DNA of 64,000 nucleotides from Eledone cirrhosa. Its lineage: Eukaryota. Positions 1-13,199 of this stretch are shown here, in pieces. Below the pieces are notes generated by a model. It saw only the letters and a program-made list of their open reading frames with translations. It made no database searches and was not told the origin of the DNA. Positions within the stretch are counted from its first letter, which is position 1; the number at the start of each line of letters is the position of its first letter. The stretch covers positions 238,700,001 through 238,764,000 of the forward strand of contig OZ024741.1 in NCBI GenBank assembly GCA_964016885.1. The letters are read 5' to 3'. The position numbers were made by a program, and so were the translations under genes.

Positions 1-5
1 AATAT

Positions 6-314
6 CTTCTTCTTCTTCTTCTTCTTCTTCTTCTTCTTCTTCTTCTTTTTTTTTCTTCTTTTTTCTTCTCCCTTTTTCTTCTTCTTCTTCTTCTTCTTCT
101 TCTTCTTCTTCTTCTTCTTCTTCTTCTTCTTCTTTTTTCTTCTTTTTTCTTCTCCCTTTTTCTTCTTCTCCCTTCTTCTTCTTCTTCTTCTTCTTCTTCT
201 TCTTCTTCTTCTTCTTCTTCTTCTTCTTCTTCTTCTTTCTTTCTTTTTTCTTCTTTTTCTTCTTTTCTTCTTTTTCTTCTTTTTTCTTCTTCTTTTTCTC
301 TCCTTCTTCTTCTT
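6..314. repeat. (TTC)n microsatellite
   Basis: Direct reading: long degenerate TTC tract. Confidence 0.97.
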
Positions 315-792
315 GCAATCTATTTATCTCATCCAGCCTTGGTTTCTTTTCAAAGAGATCTTTCAATGTAAACAGTTGATACTGTACATTTCTGTAGAGT
401 TTCCTCTGAAGTAAATATAATACAGTCAATATTGTATATATCAATGCTACATGTGACACACATAACATTCATTCTTTTAGCTTTCAGGGGATTGGTTGGA
501 ATGAGAAAACTCTGCAACTCAAAGTTGTCTTTATCTTCATGGTAAGCAGAGTTATTGTTTGAGGCAAAATATTATAGAACAAATGTTGGTATTTTATTAG
601 CTGGATCCTTTGTTTCACTACAAAATTGTCAGTGCAAAACCTATACTTCTACTCATAATATTACAATATGTAATCCATATTTATGATATATTTCAATACT
701 AAAGATGGAATCTTAATACTAAATATGCCACATTTGTAGGTAAAATTATTTCATAGTGTATGATAAAAATATATACTGTACTCAATAAATTA

Positions 793-981
793 ATTGTTTC
801 TACTATTGGCACAAGGCCAGCAATTACGCAGTACATTACTGGTACTTTATTTTATCGACCCCCGTAAGGATGAAAGGCAAAGTTAACCTCGGCGGGATTT
901 GAACTCAGAATGGCAAGGGCCGTAACTCTATGCGTCAAATCATGGTGTCCGACCCTCTACCGATACTGCCAATTCATTGCC
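793..981 (-). mobile_element. tRNA-derived SINE family A (central domain resembles the MetaSINE core)
   Basis: Reverse complement has A-box-like TGGCAGTATCGG, B-box GAGTTCAAATCCC, core GCCTTTCATCCTTACGGGG..TCGATAAAATAAAGTACCAG and tail AGAAACAATT. At least 9 copies in the window. The MetaSINE assignment is from recall. Confidence 0.85.
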
Positions 982-1002
982 TTCACATGGACTCAATAAA
1001 TT

Positions 1003-1180
1003 AATTGTTTCTACTTTTGGCACAAGGCCAGCAATCACCCAGTGCATTACTGGTACTTTATTTTATCTACCCCGTAAGGATGAAAGGCAAAGTTAACCTT
1101 GGCGGGATTTGAACTCAGATCGTAAAGGGACGTAACTATGCTGGAAAGCATGGCGTCCGACCTTCTACTGATACTGCCAA
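1003..1180 (-). mobile_element. SINE family A, second tandem copy
   Basis: Near-identical to 793-981; flanked by aataaattaat repeats. Confidence 0.85.
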
Positions 1181-1498
1181 ATAAATTAATGTCACTTATG
1201 TAGTCATACAATTACTTCAGTTTAATAATTAACTGTGTTGCTTATAAATCATGCAAGACCTAACTAATAAATCATTCATTAATAATATCTCAACCAAAGT
1301 GGGGCTCCTTGTTTTCTGCCTAAGTCATCTTATCTCCTTTCACCCAACCCTACACCTTTTAAAATCTGTAATCACAGTCGTCATCTCTACTTTCTTTTCT
1401 CCACAATTGATAAGAAATTCTCACAATTCTTTATAAATACCAATTTTCCATCATTATCATCATCATCATCGTCATCATCATCACCACCACTGCCACCG

Positions 1499-1551
<53 letters not shown>

Positions 1552-2430
1552 GTTTTATGTCTATTTTCCATGCATTGGGTAGACAGATTGTCACATTCTA
1601 AGGTCATGTCAGATCACTGTGTCTTGCTCATATGTTCCATTGTGGGATGGTTTCTAAGGCTGGCTGTTTTTCCAGCATATACCAGGTGTGTTTTATCATG
1701 GCACCTCCACTACCATATGACAGGGTGGGATGGGTGTTTTTTATGGTGACATGTATTGTGGCTCCAGCACTATCATTTTCACTGCTATGGCACTCGTTTT
1801 GTCTGCAACTAGGCTGGTGATACAAAGATAGAGTGGTGAGGTGGAGTGGTATGAGTGAGGAGCTGCACGCTGCTTGCCAAAGGAGGGGTTAAGAGGGAAA
1901 AGTGGCTTTAATAATGATATTTGGCAGTTCATAGTGGGATGCACCAGGCTTTCCATGCTGGTGTGGCTGAATGAGAAATTAGGAATCAGGGAGAAGGGAA
2001 TATGCTGAATGAGAAATTGGGAATCAGCAGAGGGGAAGAATTCGCTTTTCTATAAGTTTTCAACATTTCTTTTCAAGACACCTTTTTTATTTGTCTACTT
2101 TATTTTATTATCTATAAGGTCTTCTGAAACCTAAATTCAGATTTTATCACACTTTAAGCATTCAAAAATATCTTTACCTTTAAATTAATCAAATTGATTA
2201 CATATATTTATTAGCTATACCTGAACCCCTTTGGTGTTGATTTGTAAAATTTCATTTCTGAACAGTTGTAGTATACTTAGTATTTAAATTATTAGCTTTT
2301 ATTTAACAGATCTTACTCTGCTAATATTTAATGAGGCACATATGTATCTTGTGCATATTCTAAAATTTTGCTTAGAAGATAGCTTAATTCTTAGTGAATA
2401 TTAAAAAAAATATGCCCTTCCTAACACTAA

Positions 2431-2925
2431 CACTTTTGCAGACTGCATTGGGTGCATTTTGTTGTGGCACTAGCACTCACACTTTACAGAGTATACTGGG
2501 TGCATTTTAAAATAGCACCAGTGATATCACTTTGCAGAGTGTACTAGGTGCATTTTATCATGGCACCAGCACTACCACTTTACAGAGTGTATTAGATGCA
2601 TCTTATCATGGCACCAGCACTACCACTTTACAGAGTGTATTAGATGCATTTTATCATGGCACCAGCACTGCCATTTTACAGAGTATATTAGATGCATATT
2701 ATTATGGCACCAGCACTACCATTTTAGAGAGTATTGGGTGAATATTATTATGGTACCAACACTACCATTTTACAGAGTCTATTGGGTGCATTATATAATA
2801 GCACCCGCACTACCATTTTACAAAGTATCCTGGATGCATTTTGTCATGGCATCAGCATTACCATTTTATAGAGTGTACTGGGTGTATAATGTTGTGACAC
2901 CACACTTTACTGAGTCTACTGTACC
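2431..2925. repeat. 48-bp minisatellite, about 11 units, derived from an RTE 3'UTR sub-repeat
   Basis: Unit cactttacagagtgtactaggtgcattttatcatggcaccagcactac starts at 2431, 2480, 2528, 2576, 2624, 2672, 2720, 2766, 2814, 2862 and 2903. It is preceded by tgcccttcctaacac, as in the RTE UTR. Confidence 0.9.
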
Positions 2926-3156
2926 CTTTGTTGTTTCAGTCTGTTCAACACTACACACAAGGGAGTATTATTTAAGTTGACACCAATACTAGAGAGGCTG
3001 GCTTGTCCACTGAAGGCTACAAGGACCTCTCCACTCTGGGTATTCTCTTATCTCTTACTATATTTACTTACTTTTAGTGTGGCAGTGCTTCTACTGGTGA
3101 GTTGGTCTTTCATAGTATGACAAATCACTAATTAGCATGTTCTTGTATTATATCCA

Positions 3157-3814
3157 TGTTCTTGGTCCCTTTTTCTTTGTGGCATATATTAATGACATAG
3201 ATGCCAACTTAAAGAATGCCACGGTACTGAAATATGCAGATGACATCAAGCTGTACCTTGAAATCAAAAGGACTGATCCTGAAATCTACAACACTTTCCT
3301 ACAATCAGACCTGGACACAATGCAGCAATAGATCACAGACTGGCAACTGAAGCTGGCTGTGTACCACCATGCATTTTGGGAGGAAAAATTTAGCGTCCAC
3401 ATACTCCCTCCACAAAACTGATATCAAGAAGTCCTCTTGTGAACGTGACCTGGGTATTACTGTCAGCAGCAATTTGTGTTGAACAAAGCACGTCTCTAAG
3501 ATTGTCAAGAAGGCCGAGAGTGTCTTGGCATCACTCAGCAAGACCTTTGTTAGCTGCTCTCCAGCCATCTATTTAAAACTGTATATAGCTATGGTACGAC
3601 CACACTTGGAATTCACATCATCAGTCTGGAACCCCTATCTTTCTCAGAACATTGACCTTTTGGAAACTGTTCAGAGACGTTGCACATGTGTATATCATGA
3701 CTCATGCACTGTTCATTTTCCTGACGTTTGTACATTACCCTATGTACTATACATACACTTTTGATGAGTTGTAGTGCACCTGAGCACTGTACACAATATT
3801 TTCATTATTATTAT
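3157..3814 (+). mobile_element. CR1-clade LINE 3' fragment (RT pseudogene)
   Basis: VLGP..F..YINDI...KYADDIKL...LQSDLD, RDLG, LYIAMVRPHLE..SVWNP...LETVQRR. Contains stops, frameshifts and an internal deletion; ends in (ATT)n. Confidence 0.88.
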
Positions 3815-4719
3815 CCTTTGTGAGGCTCAGTTTCTCGAGGTGACTTTCACAATTTTGTCTGATTTGGCCTCTCTTTTTCACAGGTTCCATCTACTTTATA
3901 TAAGTGCTCAGTACTTTGTTATACCAACTCTAGCTCTTCTTACACATTGCATATCTGTACCAGTGCAAAATTCTCCCAAGCACACTACATTCACTTCCTC
4001 CAACACTCAGCCTTTCTCTCAGTTCATTTGTGTTCAGTCATTTATGATTAAATAAATATGTGTATGAAATAAATTCTAAAATCCACAAAGAGAACCACTG
4101 TGACATGAAAAGAGGAAATATTAAAAATGTTTTTTTAAAAATAAAATGAACTGTATGATATTTTCAATTGATTTAAGATAGAATTCAAAAAGTGAATGCA
4201 TTCTTAAACTAAAATGGAAAGAATGCATTTAATTTCATACATGCACAAACATATTTATATACATATGCTTAAATGTGTAAAATCAATTATAAAATGATGT
4301 ATCCATTGACATAAAGGAAAGTTAAGTTCAAAGAATTATAGTGGTGTATGTAATCTAAACAATACATGCAGCTACTTGACTCTTGGTTTAAGGTTTAATT
4401 CCCATTTAAGTTAAAACACTTCAGAGAATTTATGCCTTAAGAAGACATTTTGATGATATTCCTATAAATATGCATATATTCATATTTAGATATAAGTATA
4501 TGTATGCAAGATTATTGATCTCACAAAAGAACAGTAGGCTCAGCACCATATAAACTTTTCTGTATTTTTCTGTATTAAAAAAATATTTCATAGAAAAAAT
4601 GCATTGATATAATACATTTTTATTGCATTAGAGATGTATATATATATATATATATATACATACATACATGTATGTATATGTCTGTATGTATGTGTGCATG
4701 TATGTCTATATGTATATAA

Positions 4720-4760
<41 letters not shown>

Positions 4761-4841
4761 CGTGTGTGTGTGTACACGTGTATATATGTATGTGTGTGTG
4801 TGTGTATATATAAATATATATATATACACACACACACATAC

Positions 4842-4872
<31 letters not shown>

Positions 4873-6564
4873 TAATGTGTGCACTCAAAGATAAATCTCA
4901 GAAAACAAAGCCATCATCATTTCTTTATAATTCTCTTGGGAGCAAAAACCCATCATCAAATCATTGGAAGCAGCATTCATTTCCTCATATAATGATGAAC
5001 AACAATAGCTTTTTCGTTTTGTGTATTCTAGGAATCAGTGGAGCATTTTCTATACAAGCAATAGCTGTTATGTTTGGAGATGGAGTCTTGTCAACCAACT
5101 TCCCTGCAATGCCTATTGACCGATTATTATAAAAGGAAAAAAAGAAAGCTTTTTTTTTTCATTCACTGATTCATCTTTTTTTTATTTTTTTAAAAATATT
5201 TTTGTTTATATTTTAGAAATAATCACACTGAGAAGGTTTGGCTCCCCTTTCTACTATCTTTAACTGGGGTTGGGAGGGTGGTTCATGGGTTAGAGGAAAT
5301 TTCATTGTCATGCAGAAGCTTGCTTGGTATTGAACGAGGGTATTACAATGGCGTTGTCAGCATAGCTGTTAAGCAATTCTATTATTGAGCCAACTGGGGA
5401 CAGAAGTAATTATTTGGTGTTTGACTGAAGGGAAATGTGTTATAAAAATAAAAAAAAGAAGCCAAAACAAACAATAAACAGCATATGCAATCCAATACCA
5501 TTCAATATTATCCACTAGCGTGCATCAACACACTTTTCTTTCTTTGAAGTAATTGCTTTGAGTATCCAATGAAGAGGTCCATTAATTTAGAATGTTATGA
5601 GTAAATAATAAGGATGATGGTCATGAATAGGATGTTGGTCTGGGAATGGAAGAGTTGATGTTGCTATAATGTGAAAATGTGATACTGATATTGATAGTGG
5701 TTTCAGGGAAACTCATAAATATGTGACATGACAACAGTGATATTGGTGATGGTGATTGTCATTATGAGGATGATGACGATGATGATGATAGAAGAAGCTT
5801 CTTACTAATGGTGAAAAGTACAGATACTTTTTAATGGCTTAGATTGAATAGCTGTCCACTTTATCTTTACACTGATTTGCAATATCCTTTTATTTCTAAA
5901 TTGTTCTCTACCACGAACTAAAGAAATCTAAACTTAGTGACTTTATTTCAGTGTTTGGTAAACTCCAGAATATTTATGGTTACTATTTGCTATTTAAAGA
6001 GAAGTGATTATACAGTGATATTAGTAGTAGTAGTAGTAGTAATGGTGGTGGTGGTGATGGTGATGGTGGTTGCAGTAGTTGTAGTTGCATGATGATTATG
6101 ATGAGAAGTAAATATCAATATGAGGGAATAAAATGAAGGATACGATGACAGGAAGAAGGGCTGCGAGGAAAATGGAAGCAAAGGGTGGGGGTAGGTCGGG
6201 CAGACTGTTTGAAAAAATGAGAGTAAAAAGTTAATAAATATTGAAAAAAAGTGAGAGAAAGGTTAAATTAAAATGAAGGAATCATAGAAGAAAAAAGAAT
6301 AGAAATATTTCTAAGGGAAAAGATTAATAAAGAGAAAGATTGAAAATGAAGAGGAAATATTAGAGAGAGAATTGTATATAGAAGATAGTGAGAAAAGGTA
6401 GAGAGGAAGTAAAGTAGGAGGGGAGAATTAGAAGGGAAACTATGAGAAATAGGAAGGAAAAAAATTCAAATGAGAAGAAATATGCCTGAGAGTATTGCAA
6501 GTAGGAAGATGAGTTCAAGATATTTCAGCTGAGAACTTTACTTTGGGAAAAGAAAGAAAACTAA

Positions 6565-6637
<73 letters not shown>

Positions 6638-7577
6638 TCTACTGCTTCCTTAGGAATGAGTTAAGTCAATAGATTTCAAAGAAAACAGCCTTTTCAGTTT
6701 GATATATATGTGTGTATATGCTGTGTTCTTTTACTACTGTAGAAAATTTTAGTGTTTCTGTCTTCCTGATTAGTTATTTATTCTCTCCCAATCATTTCTC
6801 TGCTGATTCAACAATGAAGAAAGAACAAACTTATCACCCTGCGGGTCCTGAAACAACATGATTAGTTATCATCAGTCAGAAATTGAACCTGGGGCAGCAA
6901 GCCATGTAACTATCTGCCAACCATCCTACCTACCTACCTCCCTACCAACCAACCAATGTGCCAACCCACTGCTAGAGGGTCTGCAGATGATGGTTAACTG
7001 GAGAATAGGAGGGCTTGGGATGAAGGTAAAAAGTATTGGAAAATCACTAAGAATGTTGCTATGGTTTCACATTTCTAGCAGAAGATATTTCTTTGAGTGA
7101 ATGCAACTAAGCTGGAATAGTAAACTAGCCACTGTGTGTACGTGTGTTTCTATAGAGTACCACATATTTCTATAGGATGAAAAAGAAGCAATATATTCCA
7201 TAACCAATGACAGCAAAGTTGTTGATGTCAACGGTGGTGTAGTTATTATAACTGTTGTTGTTCCATGTGTGATCTCCTTCACCATTGTCTTCTGTCAGAA
7301 TGTGGTCTCCGGCAATGCAATATAGGGTAAGAGGAATTCAAAATCAGATATTTCTAGTGTTTCAAATTGAGTTATACTAATACTTCTCTGCACCTATGGC
7401 AATGTAAATTTTTCTGCAAAATATCTTCAAATACACAATATATACACATATATTTATACACAAATCATTTCTTCATAGACAGTTGCAATACTTACACTCA
7501 ATGCAGCATAGATATTATGGTTAACATAGAACTTCATTTTATACTAACACTGATATCATTATATATATTATACATAT

Positions 7578-7712
7578 GTTACGGCCCTTTATGAACTGAG
7601 TTCAAATCCAGCCAAGGTTAACTTAGCCTTTCATCCTTACAGCGTCGATAAAATAAAGTACCAGTAATACACTGAATAATTGCTGGCCTTGTGCCAAAAA
7701 CAGAAACAATTA
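7578..7712 (+). mobile_element. SINE family A, 5'-truncated
   Basis: B-box, core and tail match the other copies. Confidence 0.85.
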
Positions 7713-7794
7713 TATATATTATACATATATATATATATATGTATAGTTATACATATCCATACATATATAAATACATACACATATATATATATAT

Positions 7795-7967
7795 ACACTG
7801 TAAATGTGGTTGGTGTTAGGAAGGGCATCCAGCTGTAGAAAACCCGCCAGACAGTCCTATGCGAGCAAGACAATCACTCTTGCCTCAAGTGGGAAACCCC
7901 CCGTCCAAACCCATGCAAGCGTGGAACACGGACGTTAAACGATGATGATGATGATGATGATGATGAT
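7795..7967 (+). mobile_element. RTE subfamily 1 3'UTR fragment with (GAT)n tail
   Basis: Matches the 3'UTR of the RTE at 45338-47996. Confidence 0.85.
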
Positions 7968-8113
7968 ACACATATATACATACATATATGATGGCTGCCC
8001 CTTCTTTATTGAGTATGGCCATTGCACGATATAACATTATTAATAATTACCAATTAATGTTATCGTGCAATGCCTGTGCATGAAGATTTTTTTTTAAGTG
8101 AGGAAAAGGGAGA

Positions 8114-8159
8114 GAAGCTAACAGTCTGTTTCACACTGTTTGGCGATCATCAGAGCCAC
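8114..8159 (-). ncRNA. Type I hammerhead ribozyme, family H1
   Basis: Minus strand: guggcu CUGAUGA ucgc caaaca gugu GAAAC agacu GUU agcuuc. Homologous to the motifs at 18533 and 18667. Confidence 0.7.
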
Positions 8160-8340
8160 GCATTCCCTGCTTCCGCAGAACAGAAGTAAGTGACACAGTC
8201 ACTACTTTAAAACCGATAACGTAAGGTCTTCTAAATGTTTTTAATTAAACATATGGTATCTTGCCAAATATACTATACATACATTCATGTATACATCGCT
8301 ATTTCAGAGCACCAATCCTAATATATATATATGTATATAT

Positions 8341-8721
8341 CATCATCACCGTTTTACATCCGTTCTTTCATGCTAACATGGGTTAGACGGGTTGTCCTGT
8401 TGTGGGCAGTGTCTGGTCGGCTGACCATGCCTTGCTCATACAGGAACTGATTTTGGCTTGATTTCTACAGCTGGATGCCCTTCCTAACACCAACCTCATT
8501 TACAGTGAGTGGTGGGTGCTTTTTGTCCGTAGCGCCTACACGTCCACTTTACAGTGTGGGCTGGGTGCTTTTTTGCCGTGGCACCTCCACGACCACTTTG
8601 CAGTGGGAGGTTGTGGGGGCATATTGTCTATATGCTTCAGCTTGTACCCATGGGAGGTCGGGTACTCTGTATTACTGCTTGACGCCAGAGGTCACGGTCG
8701 TGTGTCATCGCCTTTGAGAGG
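8341..8721 (-). mobile_element. RTE subfamily 2 3' end
   Basis: Near-identical to 48364-48745; (GAT)n tail on the minus strand. Confidence 0.85.
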
Positions 8722-8818
<97 letters not shown>

Positions 8819-8839
8819 TTATATGTGTGTGTATATATT

Positions 8840-8872
<33 letters not shown>

Positions 8873-8935
8873 GTGTATATATATATGTATATATATATAG
8901 TTATAGGAATAACCAAAGAGTACTTAGAAATACAT

Positions 8936-8999
8936 TGTTTTATTAGCTAACAGTGTTTCATCCATACACCATGGCAGGAATCATCAGAGCCTATAAACA
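8936..8999 (-). ncRNA. Type I hammerhead ribozyme, family H2
   Basis: Minus strand: uguuuauaggcu CUGAUGA uucc...ggau GAAAC acu GUU agcuaauaaaaca. Stems I, II and a minimal stem III pair by eye. Confidence 0.65.
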
Positions 9000-9452
9000 T
9001 GAGTAGTTGTATCAGTAGTTGTATGCTCTATTGAGCTGCGTCACCAGAACACGGTTAAAGGACCAGCAGGGGGGTCCTGAGGCCAGCGCTATATGGAAAA
9101 AGGCAGAATACATGATGCACATAATGTCATAAAATGTCTTAAAAATTTAAAAATAAAAAATTAAAAATTACACCCAAAATTTATCACTTAAATGGTGCAA
9201 TAGATGATAAAGAGGTTGGGAGAGGGTAGCAAGGGATGAGTGAGGGTATTACTCAGCATGATAAGAAACAATAAGAAAATATATTTTTATATTTATCTCT
9301 TTTATTATCCCTGTATTTTTGCACTTTTTCTATTATTTTTATTATTTTTATTATTTTATTATTGTTTCTGATCATGTTTATATATATATATATATATATA
9401 TATATGTTTATACATATATATATATATATATATGTTTATATATATATATATG

Positions 9453-9508
<56 letters not shown>

Positions 9509-9972
9509 TATATTTATATATATGTATATATATGTTTATAAAGTCTATAGACTTTGGACTGAGGAATGCTCTCAAAACTGACCAATGGGAAGTTTGACAT
9601 TCTTTTTATTTTGTTCCTTTACCATCTTATTCCTACTACCACTTTATCAATTTTTTTTTAGCTAACTCCAACAAGAACAACACTACCAACAGAAGAATAG
9701 AGGTCAGGTGTACCTAACAATAACAAGAACAACAACTACAGATTGGCTTGCCTCAGAACGAATTTCTATAGACTTTTGAATGAGGAATATTCTAACAACT
9801 GACCAATGAGAAGAGATGAGGCCCTTTTGTCACTGAAATTCGTTTGTTTGAATTCATATGATCCCAGTTACTCAGTGAAATAACAACCCAACCAGGAACT
9901 GGGCATATCAGAGTATTGACAAAGTTATACACCTCAACAACATATGTACTTGTCTATATCACACTAATTCGG

Positions 9973-10027
9973 ACTGCCTGAAGAGGTTGTGACCAAAGAT
10001 GGCTGTCACCGAAATATATATAGCAGT
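9973..10027 (+). ncRNA. Type I hammerhead ribozyme, family H3
   Basis: acugc CUGAAGA gguugugac...gucacc GAAA uauauaua gcagu. Perfect stem I, palindromic stem III (AUAUAUAU), AUA cleavage triplet. Confidence 0.75.
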
Positions 10028-10132
10028 AATAAACGAAGCTAAATTTTAAACATTTGACTTATTTATTTTATTTTATTTTATATATATATATATATGTTTA
10101 TATATATATGTATATATATATATATATGTGTT

Positions 10133-10167
<35 letters not shown>

Positions 10168-10325
10168 TATGGAATACTGTTGGCTTTTCACTACAATGTT
10201 TTCTATACCTTTCATATATATATATGTATATATATATGTGTGTTTAATGGTAGCTATGATGCTTCCATAGGCAGTATGCCAGTTGAGCACTCTATGTTCT
10301 TACAGAGCAGAGTGTGATATAATAT

Positions 10326-10696
10326 AAAACTAAAAATCAGTGATGCATCTGGATTCAGTTTATTATGTGTTACAATTGTTTCACCAGCAGATAGCTCGAG
10401 ACACGATCATTGTATGGATCTGACTGATTCTAGATCTGGCAGGTTCTTCGGACACATGCAATACTTTCAGAACAAATTTTCTCACTGGGGTGTTAGCTTC
10501 AAAAAACATCTTCCTCTCTTGTCTTGTTATTGGCTAGTGAGAAAATTTGTTCCGAAAGTATTGCATGTGTCCGAAGAACCTGCCAGATCTAGAATCAGTC
10601 AGATCCATACAATGATCGTGTCTCGAGCTATCTGCTGGCGAAACAGTTGTAACACACAATAAACTGAGTCCAGATGCATCACTGATTTTTCGTTTT
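10326..10696. mobile_element. Fold-back element (about 160-bp arms) with two divergent HHR-like motifs, family H4 (CCGAAGA core)
   Basis: Arms 10326-10487 and 10533-10696 are near-perfect inverted repeats. Motifs at 10365-10457(-) and 10565-10657(+): augugu CCGAAGA acc...ggu GAAAC aauu GUA acacau. Confidence 0.75.
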
Positions 10697-10722
10697 ATAT
10701 ATATATATGTGTGTATATATAC

Positions 10723-10768
<46 letters not shown>

Positions 10769-10947
10769 GTATATACATATATATATATATTTATATGTGT
10801 ATATATATATATATATGTGTATATATATGTATAATTATATATAAATATATATATATGTATATATATATATATGTATATATATGTATATATATATATATAT
10901 ATATAAATGTATATATATATATATGTATGTATATATATATTTATATG

Positions 10948-10982
<35 letters not shown>

Positions 10983-11109
10983 TTATATGTATATATATAT
11001 TTATATGTATATATATATATACATATATATACATATATATGTATATATATATGTATTATATATATACATATATACACATATATATATATATATGTACATA
11101 TATATATAG

Positions 11110-11140
<31 letters not shown>

Positions 11141-11203
11141 CATATATATACATATATATATATACATATATATATATACACACATATATATATATATACA
11201 CAC

Positions 11204-11234
<31 letters not shown>

Positions 11235-11243
11235 TATATATAT

Positions 11244-11324
<81 letters not shown>

Positions 11325-11681
11325 TACATATATGTATATATATGTATATATATATATATATATGTGTGTGTGTATATATATGTGTATATATATATAGGTG
11401 TGTATATATATGTGTGTATATATATGTGTATATATATATGTGTATATATATGTGTATATATATATATATATACACATATATATATATATGTATATATATA
11501 TGTATATATATATGTATATATATATATGTATATATATATATGTATATATATATGTATATATATATGCATATATATATGTATATATATATATGTATATATA
11601 TGTGTATATATATATGTATATATATGATAATATATATATATATATGTGTATATATATATATATGTGTATATATATATGTAT
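10697..11681. repeat. Long degenerate (TA)n/(TATG)/(TACA) microsatellite; one of many, e.g. 19900-20895, 25024-25718, 33089-33616, 33920-34580, 38000-39122
   Basis: Direct reading. These tracts produce the YIYI ORFs in the track. Confidence 0.97.
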
Positions 11682-12162
11682 ACACACTTACACCTCTCCA
11701 AGACAATGTCACTGGACCGAGATCTTTGGCGCTACACAGTAATAGAGAAGACCCGCCTTACCTAAGTGCAAAGTGAAACCTACTATAGTCAGTAGGCACC
11801 TCTAACAAAATACACCTCCGTCCCACTACCCCCGCCCCATCCACACCACTCCTTTCAATGTAAAGTTATGTTGGTACCACAACATCCAGCCCGAAACAAA
11901 TGAGGTCGTGTAGGTGTCATGACAAAAAAAAACACACAGTCCACGCTGTAATGTGGCCGTGTAGGTAACACGGTAAAAACCTCCCAGCCCCACACTGTAA
12001 ATGTGGTTGGTGTTAGGAAGGGCATCCAGCCGTAGAAAACCCGCCAGACAGTCCTATGCGAGCAAGACAACCACTCTTGCCTCAAGTGGGAAAACTCCTG
12101 TCCAAACCTATGCGAGCGTGGAAGATGGACGTTAAACGAAGATGATGATGAGATGATGATGA
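11682..12162 (+). mobile_element. RTE subfamily 1 3' end
   Basis: Encodes [24 protein letters not shown] followed by the UTR and (GAT)n. Confidence 0.88.
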
Positions 12163-12331
12163 TATATGTATATATATGTATATATATATTTATATATATA
12201 TATATATGTGTATATATATATATGTGTATGTATATATATATGTGTATATATATACGGTCAAATATATATGTTTATATATATACAGTCAAAAATACAGATA
12301 CAATATAGACACAAACACATATATATAATCT

Positions 12332-12373
12332 AACAAAGTTCTTTCGTTGCACATCTGCAACGTCGTCAGTGGT
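12332..12373 (-). ncRNA. Type I hammerhead ribozyme related to family H5
   Basis: Minus strand: acca CUGACGA c guugca gaug ugcaac GAAA gaa CUU uguu. Flank shares atggcgtagg and gcgcatgcgc with the 31 kb copy. Confidence 0.65.
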
Positions 12374-13199
12374 GCTATTTTGTTTCCTCCTGTTGTATTG
12401 TATGCCTACGCCATCTTTATTTAGTCTGTTTATTTATTTATTTATTTTTTTTTGTCTTCTCTGCGCATGCGTTTGCGTGTGTGTAGTGTCTGATGTGTGT
12501 TCGTGCTTGGGTGACTGTGTATTGGTTATTGTATTCTATCTTAGTTTACTAGTGTGTGTTTATGTGTTTGTTGTTATTGTGCTTGTGTATGTATTTATTT
12601 AATTATTTATACTTCTCTTAGGTCAGTATTGTTTGTTTGGGTGTTGTTGTTATTCCATTCATTTTTTTCTGTTTATAAACAGAAGTTAGTGTTATATTAA
12701 ATTTAATAAAATTAGCAAGTAGCATTCATTGAACAAAGAATTCAATACCTGAGTAGAGTCTAAATAAATTATTTGACAGAAATATCAGTTCACAGTGACT
12801 TCTCAGTATTGCTGTCAACAGCTTATCAAACAGTCTGATGAACTGTTGGTGGTGAAACTTGTAGTACTGCCCTCCTAGATTGTTCTGAGTACAGCACCTC
12901 ATACATGAACATTTTTCATAGTTTCTATGGCTTGATGCCTTCCTATAACTTATCACTTTACTTGATGCATTTCATCATAACACCAATGCTAGAGAAATTG
13001 TCTTGTCTGCTGGAGGACTAAAGAGTCCTTTATTCTCTGTTGTCCCCATTCTTTCAAGAAAAAAATGTGTATGCGAGCATGAATAGGAGAGTATAATGAT
13101 GAAAGAGTCGAGGGTATGGATATGAGCCTGATAAAGGAAATATAGGGATAACAGTGACACGATAATAAGGAAGAAAGTAATCTAAACTCCAAGACTGAA

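Noticed and set aside
793-981. tRNA genes at SINE heads
   Set aside because: A and B boxes are present but there is no cloverleaf, and they are followed by SINE core and tail.
2431-2925. CRISPR-like periodicity
   Set aside because: Contiguous 48-bp units with no unique spacers, eukaryotic context and no cas genes; it is a minisatellite.
481-5132. Selenoprotein from joining 481-541 to 5032-5132 through an in-frame TGA
   Set aside because: The peptide is not recognisable as any selenoprotein family and no SECIS was identified.
12831-12869. CTGATGA actg ttgg tggt GAAAC ttgta gt actg as an active HHR
   Set aside because: Weak stem II and the cleavage-site nucleotide appears deleted; counted only as degenerate.
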